The notes under the pieces were generated by a model. The model saw nothing but the letters and a program-made list of their open reading frames with translations, was not told the DNA's origin and made no database searches. 64,000 nt of DNA. It comes from an uncultured bacterium (GTDB lineage: Bacteria; Chloroflexota; UBA5177; JANWHV01). This document shows positions 29,441 to 41,000 of the stretch, one piece after another; position 1 is the stretch's first letter; every line of letters begins with the position of its first letter. The position numbers and the translations under genes were made by a program. The stretch spans positions 960,001 to 1,024,000 of the forward strand of contig CAWHAE010000010.1 of NCBI GenBank assembly GCA_963827235.1. The letters run 5' to 3'.

Positions 29441-32400
29441 TCAGTTGGCTGCCGCAGGCAAGCGCAGGCAGAACACACTGCCACATGGTCCGGTTGATTC
29501 GAGCTCCAGAGTGCCTCCCATGGCCCGAGCGTATTCGCGGCCCAGGTACAGGCCAAGGCCCGTGCCCACGCGGCCAGCACGCATGCGGCTGCCCGGAACG
29601 CGTCCAAAGCGCGTGAACAGCATCGCACGGCCCTCCTCGGGAATGCCGGGTCCATGGTCACGCACGCGCACCAGTGTCATGCCGTCCTCCGTGCCCCAGG
29701 ACACCTCGACGGCACTGCCTTCCGCAGAGTACTTGGCCGCGTTGTCCAGCAGGTTGATCAGCACCTGTTCCACGTGCGCGGCGTCGGCTAGAGCCATGAG
29801 ACCCGGTGGTCCAGTGGCATCGATCGGTTGGTTGCCATAGCTCGCATTCACCACGTCCACGGCCTGAGCAACGACCCGGAGGAGTGGGACCGCTTGAATA
29901 TGGAGGGTGGGTTCGGTCGATTCAAAGGTGCTGACCCGCAGCAAGTCGTCGATCAGCCGTTTCTGGCGATTCGCCGCCAGTACGATCCGCTGGAGATTGG
30001 TTCTTCGCTGCGCCTCGCTCAGCTGCGACCAGTGCGCATCGAGCACCTCCGCATAGCCGAGCACGGTGGTCAGCGGCGTGCGCAACTCGTGACTGACTGT
30101 GGCTACGAAATCGTTCCGCAGCTCGGCCAACTGCTCTGCTAACCGCGCACGCTTCTGCTCGAGCTGATACTGACGTGCGTTCCAGAGTGCCTGCACGCAG
30201 CGCTCGCTGAATGCGCGGGCTACCTCCAGGTGTCGCTGGGTGTAGGTGTTTGGTGCCGAGCTCGCTAGTGCCAGACATCCGTAGGTCTCCCCGTGGACCA
30301 CCAGAGGGAGAATGATCGTGCTCCGCACCTCGTACTCGCCCTCCCAGGGGGCGAGCACCTGCCAGCCGGGTGTGTCGCGCGTCTCGTTCAGCAGCCGGGG
30401 CTGATCCCGTGGTCCTAACAATCCCTCGGGCCCCGAGATTGGGGGAAGCTGCAGGCCTTCAGGCGGCTGCGGCTCACCGTACGCCCCGGCGACTACCACA
30501 CTGCTGCCTCGGTAGGCGAAGATGTACGCACCCGTGCACGGCACGACCCGCGCCATCTGCGCCAGGATGCGCGCATACACGGGTTCCGGTTCCAGTACGC
30601 TCGCCAGCGCGGCACTGGCTTCCGATAAGGCTTCCGCAATCGCAGCCTGCTCCGATCGCTCCCGCGCCAGCTCGCGCAACGCCTGTTCCCTCTCTATGCG
30701 CTCCGTCGCGTCGCGCGTGGTTATCTGGAATTCCAGCACCTCACCAGTCGCCGCGTCGCGGACCGAGCGGCCGGTAGACTCTACCCACACGTAGCCGCCG
30801 TCGCCGCGCTTGTGGCGATAGCCTGTAGGCGCCTTAGCCGGCCCTTGCGGAAGCCGGGAGAGCGCAGTCCTGACGTTCTCCAGGTCGTCCGGATGAATGA
30901 GTTCCAGGCCATGCCGGCCGACCAGCTCGCTCGGATCAAAGCCGACCAACTGGCGAGCAGCAGGCGAGACATACAGCACCGTCAGATCCGCCCCTAGCCG
31001 GACGATCATGTCGCTGGAGTTCTCCGCCAGCAGGCGGAACTCCTGCTCGTTCCTCCGAAGGGCCGCTTCGGCGTGAAGCCGGTCCGTGATTTCGACGAAC
31101 ATGACCGCCACGTGGCCGGGCGCCGGACGATAGGCATGCACGTCGTAGTGCCGGTCCCGAACGTGGTCGTGATACTGGTAGACCAGCGGCTGGCCGGTCC
31201 GCGCCACCGCGCTTCCCGTTTCAAGCCACCAAGACTCCGAGTGCAGGTGCATGGCACGGATCGTCTTGCCCACCAACTCGTTGGCTGACAAGCCGGCGAT
31301 ACGCTCGAAGGCTGGGTTGACCTCGAGGAAGCGGAAGTCGAGGGGCATGCCCGATTCGGATGAAACCGCCTCGAACAGGCCGATGCCAGTCGGGGTATGT
31401 TCCCAGAGCAGGCGATACTGCCGCTCGCTCTCACGCAACGCTTCGTCCGCTCGCTTGCGCTCGCCGATGTCCCGCGCTATTGTGGACGCACCCAGCAGCC
31501 GGCCGCCGGCATCACGCATCGCGGTAACGGTCAGCGACACGTCGATCGGCCTGCCGTCCCTGCGCACCCGCACCGTCTCGAGGTCGACGACGTCCTGACC
31601 GTGCTGGATCTGTTCCAGCAGACCTGTCTGTTCCTCCACGTGGTCGGGAGCTACCAACCGGCGGATGCTCAGGCCGATGGCTTCCTCCGCCGGGTAGCCG
31701 TAGAGCTGCACGGCAGCGGCGTTCCAGGTCTGGATCACGCCGGACTCGGACACGCGGAAGATGGCGTCGCGCGACTGCTCCACGATGGCCGCCAATTGCG
31801 CCGCCTGGTCAGCTGCCTGTCGCTCCCGCTCCCGCAGGCCGGCCTCTTCCAGCGAGTGCATAGCCATCCGCCCGGCCAGGCGCAGCAGCGATGCCTCTTC
31901 GCCGCGCACGTTCCGCGCGGCAGGATGCAGGGTGCACAGCGCGCCGTACAGCTGGCCCGCGGTCGTGCGCACCGGCACCGCGGTCAGTGTGCCCACGCCC
32001 GCCAGTTCCCGCTCGGAGGCATGAGCGACCCGGGCGCCGGTCCGCACCTCTTTCACCAGCAGGGCGTCCCCACTCTGATCTGCGAATGCCTGCGCGAAAG
32101 CCTCGGGCCACGGCATCTGGGCGCCAACCTGCAGTCCCACGCCTGCAGGGTCGTGCACGAACGTAGCCAGCCAGCTCTGTTCGTCACGCCGAGCGAGCAC
32201 GATCGCGCCCACTTGCAGGCTATCGGCGAGCAGCGCCAGCAAGTTGGCTATCGTCGTACCTGCGTCTGACGCTCCGCCCTCTGTCAGACTGGCCAGTTGT
32301 TCCACCCAGCCGGCCATATCCGCTCCTGCCCCTGCGCCGGCCTGCCGCGCCTCGGCCCGGGTCACGGCCTCGGCATGCTCCTCCACTTGGTGGCGAAGCT

Positions 32401-32569
32401 CTCGCCACCGGGCGTAGCGTTCCACGTCCGGAAGCATGAATCGGTAGGCACCGCCCGGCACACGATAGGCGACATTTAGCTGGCCGGCCTTCACGGCCCG
32501 CAGCACGCTGCTTCGCGAGATGCCCAGGATGCGCGCTGCCTGCGCGCAGGTCAGATAGGTGCCTGCCAT
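29441..32569 (-). CDS. Cytoplasmic sensor histidine kinase: HTH_17-GAF-PAS-PAS-PAS-GAF-HisKA-HATPase
   Basis: YLTCAQAARILGISRSSVLR...PGGAYRF, three PAS domains, SHELRTPL, NLLDNAAKYS and RAGRVGTGLGL. Paralog of 24636-27110. Confidence 0.9.
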   Translation of the reverse strand: MAGTYLTCAQAARILGISRSSVLRAVKAGQLNVAYRVPGGAYRFMLPDVERYARWRELRHQVEEHAEAVTRAEARQAGAGAGADMAGWVEQLASLTEGGASDAGTTIANLLALLADSLQVGAIVLARRDEQSWLATFVHDPAGVGLQVGAQMPWPEAFAQAFADQSGDALLVKEVRTGARVAHASERELAGVGTLTAVPVRTTAGQLYGALCTLHPAARNVRGEEASLLRLAGRMAMHSLEEAGLRERERQAADQAAQLAAIVEQSRDAIFRVSESGVIQTWNAAAVQLYGYPAEEAIGLSIRRLVAPDHVEEQTGLLEQIQHGQDVVDLETVRVRRDGRPIDVSLTVTAMRDAGGRLLGASTIARDIGERKRADEALRESERQYRLLWEHTPTGIGLFEAVSSESGMPLDFRFLEVNPAFERIAGLSANELVGKTIRAMHLHSESWWLETGSAVARTGQPLVYQYHDHVRDRHYDVHAYRPAPGHVAVMFVEITDRLHAEAALRRNEQEFRLLAENSSDMIVRLGADLTVLYVSPAARQLVGFDPSELVGRHGLELIHPDDLENVRTALSRLPQGPAKAPTGYRHKRGDGGYVWVESTGRSVRDAATGEVLEFQITTRDATERIEREQALRELARERSEQAAIAEALSEASAALASVLEPEPVYARILAQMARVVPCTGAYIFAYRGSSVVVAGAYGEPQPPEGLQLPPISGPEGLLGPRDQPRLLNETRDTPGWQVLAPWEGEYEVRSTIILPLVVHGETYGCLALASSAPNTYTQRHLEVARAFSERCVQALWNARQYQLEQKRARLAEQLAELRNDFVATVSHELRTPLTTVLGYAEVLDAHWSQLSEAQRRTNLQRIVLAANRQKRLIDDLLRVSTFESTEPTLHIQAVPLLRVVAQAVDVVNASYGNQPIDATGPPGLMALADAAHVEQVLINLLDNAAKYSAEGSAVEVSWGTEDGMTLVRVRDHGPGIPEEGRAMLFTRFGRVPGSRMRAGRVGTGLGLYLGREYARAMGGTLELESTGPCGSVFCLRLPAAAN

Positions 32570-32710
32570 GCCCGCCCTGCCTCTGCTCGCCACCTGTTTC
32601 CCGCGCGTAGCGATCATAGCGCTCTGCGGTCGCCGGCGCAATCACACGTGGCCGGTCCACTTGGGCAGGCACCCAACCAGCTCGCATTCTGAGTTCTGAC
32701 GCATCCGCCT

Positions 32711-33109
32711 CACTGGCAGGATACCGGCCATGTCTTCAGCACCAGTGACGGCACGCCCTATCACCCTGACGCTCTGACGCACCTCTTCCGCAAGGTGGCC
32801 GATGCCGCGGGCATGCCGAAGGTGCATCTGCACAGCCTGTGGCAAAGCGCGGCGGCACTCGCGATCGCCAGCGGTGTAGGCATCAAGGTCGTCTCCGCGC
32901 GGCTGGGCCACAGCCGAATAGCCATCACCCTCGACCTCTACGCCTACTTGCTGGATGGCCAGGATGCAGCCGCGGCCGAGGGCGTAGGCGCTCTGCTTTT
33001 CCCGGCCAAGAAGGGCCCGGAAGCCGAACCCGAAACCCCCATCCTGGAGGCCGCCGAAACATCGCGGCCACCTACGGGCCACCTGGACGCAGAAAACCGG
33101 CCCGCATAG
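32711..33109 (+). pseudogene. Tyrosine integrase C-terminal remnant
   Basis: WQDTGHVFSTSDGTPYHPDAL...HLHSLWQSAA (HxLR decayed)...VSARLGHSRIAITLDLYA. The N-terminal part is missing. Abuts the tRNA 3' end. Confidence 0.85.
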
Positions 33110-33119
33110 GAGCCGGCTT
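33093..33119 (-). terminator. Probable intrinsic terminator after tRNA-Arg
   Basis: Minus strand AGCCGGCTC-ctatgc-GGGCCGGTT followed by T residues. Confidence 0.5.
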
Positions 33120-33123
33120 ACTC

Positions 33124-33199
33124 TGGTACGCCCGGGGGGACTCGAACCCTCAACCTTCAGATCCGGAATCTGACGCTCTATCCATTGAGCCACGGGCGC
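33124..33199 (-). tRNA. tRNA-Arg(CCG)
   Basis: Cloverleaf with anticodon arm TCAGA-TTCCGGA-TCTGA, TTCGA T-loop and encoded CCA. Confidence 0.97.
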
Positions 33200-33593
33200 A
33201 TTACTGCGAGATGAGTGTACGCCAGCCGGCGGCATTAGGCAAGAACTACTCACGACCGCTCACGACCGCACGACCGCGCCACCTCGGCGTTGACAGGAGC
33301 ACAGCCCTACCGACCTCGCCCGGGCTGCGGTACAACATAGCAAGGGGTTTTGCGCGGTTTGTCCGGCATTTGGCGCCCGGACACGTCCGTCGAGTAGCAT
33401 CATAGATGCACGGCACGCCGCGGGCGGGAGTAGCGTGCCCAGTCCGGTTCGTGGTACGTTCGGTGCGCATGGGCGGCAGGGCCGCTGGATACGGCAGGGA
33501 TTCCATCTATCATCGGCGCCGCCGCGGCCGAATATCGCCCGAGCCGCGTTGTACCGCCAGGCGGCTGGGGCTGAAGAGGATGCATGGACTGCG

Positions 33594-34637
33594 ATGGCTA
33601 GAGTAATTGAAATCGAACGCCAACAGATCAGTATCGATGCGCCGCAGGCCGTCGTCCTCGACCTCATCGCCCACGTCGACTACTCCTGCCTGCCCGGCTC
33701 CGGCCGGTCGGTCACCGTCATGTCGCGAGACGGTCAACACGTGGTGGCCGCCTTTTCTACCGCGACTCTGCACGCGCAGATTAATATGGTGAAGGAAATC
33801 GTGCCGGCTCCTCCCGACCGCGTCACCTACCGGCATGTCGCCGGCCCATACGTAGGCGCCGACGAGGAGCTCTACGTGCTCGCGCGGCGCGAGGCCACGG
33901 ACGTGTTGCTCGACGCCCGCTTCAGCCTGGCGGAGGGCAGCTCTGCCCAGCTACACAAGTTCGCCTTCGAGCACGAGGCGCAACAGCACCTGCGCGATAT
34001 CAAGGCGGCCGCGGAGTCACGCGGGCAGACCCAGGAGCAGGCGGAGGAACCGGCCTCAATGCTCTCGCTGCTTCCGGACGATCCGGACGAGAAACAGCTG
34101 CTGCAGGCCGTGGACGCGCAGGAGGAAGCCGAATGGGGCCACATCGGCCACGGTCGCGGCGTGGCGCGAGTGGCCATAAGCCTCGCCGAATCGATCATGC
34201 TGCCCAGACGCCAGATCGATACCCTGGTGCGCGCCGCCCTCCTGCACGACATCGGCAAGGTCGCCGTACCCAGCGCGCTCTGGGGAACACTCGGCCGGAT
34301 CAGCGCGGAGGATCGCGAGGTCATGCAGGCCCACGCCGCGCTCGGCGCCGACCTCGCGGAGCGCGCCGGCCTGCCGGAGTCCGTGCTCCACTGCATCCGC
34401 CATCACCACGAGCGCTGGGACGGCGGCGGCTATCCCGGGCACCTGGCGGGCGAGAACATTCCTCTGCGCGCCCGTATCCTGGCGATCGGCGAGTGCGTTG
34501 ACACGATGATGCGTGCCTCGTACCGGCGCGAGACCCTGGGCACCACCCGAATTCTCGAGGCGCTCGAACGCGGCGCCGGGTCGGCCTGGGATCCCATGCT
34601 GGCACGGGAGACTCAGCGCATCATCAAGGGCAAGTAG
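33594..34637 (+). CDS. SRPBCC/START-like domain fused to HD-GYP
   Basis: N-terminal ISIDAPQAVVLDLIA...VTYRHVAGP (SRPBCC-like). C-terminal LLHDIGK and HHHERWDGGGYP. Confidence 0.8.
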   Translation: MARVIEIERQQISIDAPQAVVLDLIAHVDYSCLPGSGRSVTVMSRDGQHVVAAFSTATLHAQINMVKEIVPAPPDRVTYRHVAGPYVGADEELYVLARREATDVLLDARFSLAEGSSAQLHKFAFEHEAQQHLRDIKAAAESRGQTQEQAEEPASMLSLLPDDPDEKQLLQAVDAQEEAEWGHIGHGRGVARVAISLAESIMLPRRQIDTLVRAALLHDIGKVAVPSALWGTLGRISAEDREVMQAHAALGADLAERAGLPESVLHCIRHHHERWDGGGYPGHLAGENIPLRARILAIGECVDTMMRASYRRETLGTTRILEALERGAGSAWDPMLARETQRIIKGK

Positions 34638-34650
34638 CGCGCCGCCTTCC

Positions 34651-36318
<1,668 letters not shown>

Positions 36319-36700
36319 CGTGCGTCCCTCCCGCGGCGGCGGTCGTGGACCGGTTTCCGGGGCCTAACCGCTTGCAGCCGCGATTCATCCACCGATATAT
36401 GCCAAAACAGCATCACACAAGCATATCATTGCACAGTAGACTAACCAGTAGCCTCGCAAATAGCTATAAAGTCAAAGGCCGTTTGTACCGCTGGCTGGCG
36501 GATAGAGGGTCTCCGCAAGTTAGTACCATTAGGCTATGGGTGCAGCCGGCAGCGCGTGGCACAATCATGGCAGCCGCTGGACGACACGTCGGTCAGTGAG
36601 GGAGCGCAATTCAGCGGCGGGTGCAGGTGGATCGACACCAGGCTGCCGTGATCGAGTTGGCGTTCGCAGTGGTGCGCCGTGTGAACAGGTAGGTATACTG

Positions 36701-36904
36701 ATGGAAGAGACGAAATTGCTGGCGGTCACCAAGCAAGAGGCTGAGCTGCTGATGGATAGCTTCAAGGTGTCGAACCCAATCACCCGGAACATCGCCCTCA
36801 AGGCCGCCGGTTTGGTGCTCGAGTTTGCTTCTGAAGAAGAGGTCCGCGACGCGCAGCGCATGGTGGATAGCGCCCTCAAGCTGGATATAGAAGCCTTCTC
36901 GTAG
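36701..36904 (+). CDS. Hypothetical protein, 67 aa
   Basis: AGGTAGG upstream of the ATG, protein-like composition, stop overlaps the next start. Confidence 0.6.
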   Translation: MEETKLLAVTKQEAELLMDSFKVSNPITRNIALKAAGLVLEFASEEEVRDAQRMVDSALKLDIEAFS

Positions 36905-37488
36905 TGCGGATATCCGAACGAAAGCGACAACTTCGCGAGTCCGGGGGTAACCCGGAAGTACTCGCCCAGCGACAAACCTTGCGGGCCGCGGCTCAGGCAC
37001 AGCCGGTGGCCCGCAAGGCTTCTGTGCGTTCGCGCCCGGATACGGGTTCCAGAACGGGCGGCAAGTCTGCTGTTACCCCTGCCAAAGCGCGCACGCGCAA
37101 GCCGCGAGGATCCGGGTTCTACACCGGGTTCGGGCTGTTCGGTCTCTGCTTCTCCGTCATATTCGGCATCTCGACCTACACCACCTATAACTCGGATACC
37201 ACTAAGTACCCTGCCAAGGTTGCCGCCTACAATGCAGCTGAGGCCACGTATAGCAAGCAGCTCACGGCGTACAACACGGCCGTGGCCAAGCATGCCAAGA
37301 CGATTCCCGCCAAGCCGAAGGCCCCGCAGAAACCCACCAAGCCGGAGCTCAACGCGGGCTCCTTTGCCCTCCCGGTGCTGTACGCCCTGCTCTCCATTGC
37401 CTATCTGTACCTGGGCTACAGGGCACGCATGCAGAGCGCCGCGGCGGCCAGGGGGCCGCCGGCAAAGTCGACCGGCAGCAAGGACTGA
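36904..37488 (+). CDS. Hypothetical two-TM membrane protein
   Basis: Basic N-terminus and two TM helices flanking a Tyr/Ala helical and Pro/Lys-rich loop. Confidence 0.7.
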   Translation: MRISERKRQLRESGGNPEVLAQRQTLRAAAQAQPVARKASVRSRPDTGSRTGGKSAVTPAKARTRKPRGSGFYTGFGLFGLCFSVIFGISTYTTYNSDTTKYPAKVAAYNAAEATYSKQLTAYNTAVAKHAKTIPAKPKAPQKPTKPELNAGSFALPVLYALLSIAYLYLGYRARMQSAAAARGPPAKSTGSKD

Positions 37489-37834
37489 CTACACTTCCCG
37501 ACGCCTCAACGCCAGGCTGGCCGCGGCGCTGCCGACGATCGCCAGAAGGACACCCCCGACCAACGGGTACACCAGGTCGGATGCGCCACAAGCACCGCTC
37601 AGCAAGGTGGAGCCATGTGCGGTCACACCCGTGGGCAGGCAGTCACCGAGCGGCGTCCACAGCGCGGGAAGCGTAGACAGAAGAAGCTGTTAGGCAGTCG
37701 CACGCACCTTCCACAGGTGGTAACGGCAAGCGTGGGAAATCCTTTCGCGAGCACACGAGAGGCACATGGTGACGGCAAGAGCGGCCAGGCGGGGGTGGCT
37801 CGCGTGAGGAGCGGCACTGAGACAGGCGGAATCG

Positions 37835-37868
37835 AGAAGGGGCCCATCCGTACGGATGGGCCCCTTCT
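37835..37868. terminator. 34-bp perfect palindrome directly after tRNA-Met
   Basis: AGAAGGGGCCCATCCGTACGGATGGGCCCCTTCT is its own reverse complement. Confidence 0.7.
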
Positions 37869-37942
37869 GGTTGCGGGGGTCGGATTCGAACCAACGACCT
37901 TCGGGTTATGAGCCCGACGAGCTGCCACTGCTCCACCCCGCA
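37868..37942 (-). tRNA. tRNA-Met(CAT), initiator type
   Basis: Anticodon arm TCGGG-CTCATAA-CCCGA with three G-C pairs, GCGGGGTGGAGCAG 5' end and encoded CCA. Confidence 0.97.
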
Positions 37943-38013
37943 TAAGCAGTATGCAGTTGCCGGGCACCACCCGTCAAGCACGCCATCCACTTTGGGATAC
38001 GGTTCACGTCCGG

Positions 38014-41000
38014 TCAGCCGGACATGGCCTGCATCTCGAGCGAGGCCAACGTGGAGATGCCCGTTTCGCTCATGGTCACGCCATACAGCCTGTCGGCGTG
38101 CATCATAGTGCCGCGGTTATGGGTGACCAGGATGAACTGCGTGTCCGCACTCATCTCGCGCAGAATGGCACCGAAGCGTCCGGTATTCGCCTCGTCCAGC
38201 GCCGCTTCGACCTCATCCAGCAGACAGAAGGGCACCGGCCGCACCTTGAGCATTGCAAACAACAGCGCCATGGCCACCAGGGCGCGCTCTCCGCCGGACA
38301 GGAGCGCGAGGTCGCGCGCCCGTTTTCCCGGGGGCTGCACGCTCACTTCCAGACCAGCGGGCAAGCCGCGCTCGTCATACTGTGCCACCAGTCGGCAAGT
38401 CCCCCCGCCGAAGAGGCGCTCAAAGAAGGTGCAAAACTGCCTGTCCAGCTCCTCCACGGTGGATCGGAACCGCCCGCGCACGGTCTCGTTCGTATCCTCG
38501 ATGATCCCGCGCAGCCGCGCCACGCCTTCGTGAAGGTCCGCCGACTGTGTTCGCAAGAAGCTCAGGCGCTCCCCGGCACCGGCGTAGTCTTCCTCGGCGC
38601 GGGCGTTCACCGGCCCCATGCCGGCCAACAGGGCCCGCAGCGCCTTGATCCTCGACACCGCCCCGTGGGGCACCGGCTCGTCGGGCAGCTCTTCCACACC
38701 ACAGCGCAGCTCGGCGGAGACCTGCACGCGCAGCACCTCGAGATCGCGCGTCACGCTTTCCAGGTCCGCGTGAGCGGTATCGCAAACCACCTGAGCCTGG
38801 GTCAACTGCTGCGCTGCCTCGTGATAGGCCGCTCGCTGGGCCGTGAATCGCGACTCCTCGTCGCTCAGCCGCTCCTCGAGCGGCTGCAGATCCCGCTCGA
38901 GCGATCGCAGGGCCAGCGAAGTCTCTTGCTCCGTGGTCGCGGCGGCCTCGGCGGAAGCACGCAGCGAGGCGATTCGAGCGGCGGCCTCCTGTGCTGCCTG
39001 GGCGCAGCGAGCCAGGTCACCGTCTATGCCGGCCACGCGGGCCTGCTGCTCGACGAGCAACCGCTCGGCCGCCGTCGCGCGCTCGCGAAGTCGCGAGGCG
39101 GCCTGCTCGTCGTCGCGGCAGGCTGCGCCGGCAGCGGACAGCCGTTCGCGCGCTTTTTCATGGTCGCTCCGGGATCGCGCGAGCGCTTGCCGAGCGGCCT
39201 CGGCCTCGCCGCGCACCGTGGACTCGCGTGCCTGCTCGGCCTCGAGCCGCTTGCGCTTGTCGCCCAAGTCCTGTACCAGGCGTCGCGCAGGCGTCTCGGC
39301 TCCTACCACGGCGCGACGCGCCTGGTCGAGCAGTCGCTCCTGCACGCGCGACTCTTCCCGCGCGCGCGCCACGGCCTGAGTTGCCGCGTCCAGCGCGACG
39401 CGGGACGACGCGTGATCGCGCTGCGCCGCCTCGAGCCGCTCCCGCTCGCGGTCCAGCGTCGCCCCGGCGGTCGCCTCCCGTTCCGACAGCTCTGCGAGCG
39501 CTTCGCGCAGGACGACGATATCCCGCCTGCGCGCGATAACCTCACTCGCAGCTTCTTCCAGGCCGCAGACGATGGACCCGTCGGGCAGGGCGGCGATGGC
39601 GCGATCCAGCACCACGGCGCCGAGGCGGAGCGCGGGCAGCATTGGGCAGCAACGGATCAAGGCGTCCAGATCGGCGAGCAACAGCACGCGATCGAGCTCC
39701 AGCAGGCTGCACGCCGGCAGGCCCGCCGCGTCGTGGCACACATCGGAAGCCCAGCCGAGTACCTGGCGCGCGTCGACGGAGCTGCCCGCCAGCAGCCCGC
39801 GCAAGGCCTGGACAGGCTTCTCGGCGCCGTTCAGTGAGGCGACGCCCCAGCCGTGCGCGCTTCCGGCCAGCGACAGTATACGCAGGCGCCCGCCGCCGCC
39901 CGCGGTCTCGGCGATCAGATCGGCGGGCCGGTCGGAGAGCAGTGAGTCGGCCCTACCAGACAGGAACGTGGCCATCGAAACCTGCCATTCCGGGTCCACG
40001 TCGATCGCCTGCGACACGATGCCGCTAACCGCCCCGTGATTGGCGAGCTTCCGTACCGGCTCCTCGAAGCGTTCAAGGCCGTCGAGCCAGGACTGCAGCA
40101 CCGTGCACCGCGTGTTGAGCTGGTCGCTCTCCCGCGAGACCTCTCGCAGGGCGGCCTCCGCGGCCGAAGCAGCCCGGGAGACGGCTTCCACGCGTCGCCG
40201 CTCCACCTCTTCCGACTCCGCCGCGGCGGAGCGTGCTTTCTCGCATGCCGCGAGGGACGACTTCGCCGCGGCCAGGTCCCGCTCGACTTCGTCGAGCGCA
40301 GCCGCGGCCGCCGCCAGCTGGGCCTGCTGACGTTCCAGCTCTCCGGCGCCGCTCTCCAGTGAAGCAGTCAGCATGGCCACGGAGCCGGCAAGCTGCGAGG
40401 CGATTCGCGAGGCCTCATCGCTCCTGGCCTGCGCCCGCCGTTCTTCAGCGGCGACCCGGTCACGCTCCCGAGCCAATCCGGCCTGCGCGGCCCGACCGGC
40501 GGCCAGCCGGGCTTCCACCTCGGCGCGGTCGGCGTGAGCCTCGGCGCGGGCCTGCGCGGCCCGGGCCAGCGAGGACCGTTCGCGCTCGGCCGCGGAAGCC
40601 AAGCGCCTCTGCTCGGCGGTGGCCAGATCGAGGCGCTCCTCCGCTGCCTTGAGCTGCACACAGGCAACCTCGCGGTCGCGCTGCGAGGCAGCCGCCAATG
40701 CCATCTGCGACTTCAGCCGCTCCTGCAAGGCGTCGCGGGCCGCGCGATCGTCCTTCAGCCCTGCCGCGAGCGCGTCACCTTCTGCGGAGAGCTGGCGAAC
40801 CCGGCGTTGCGCCGCGTCGCGATGCGCAGTCGCGTCGTCGTCGCGCTGCCGGGCGAGCTGCAGGCGCATCGCCAGCCGGGCTGCCTGGGCACCAAACGAG
40901 ACCTGCTGCAGGCGCCGTAGCTCGCCCTCGGCCGTGCGGTAGTCCCGCAGGGCCTCGGCCTGGCGTGCCAGACTTTCGAGCTGGGGCGCCAATTCGGCGA

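Noticed and set aside
33090-33122. AGAAAACCGG...CCGGCTTA resembling an RNase P RNA 3' end
   Set aside because: No GAGGAAAGTCC 5' element upstream. Better explained as the tRNA terminator hairpin.
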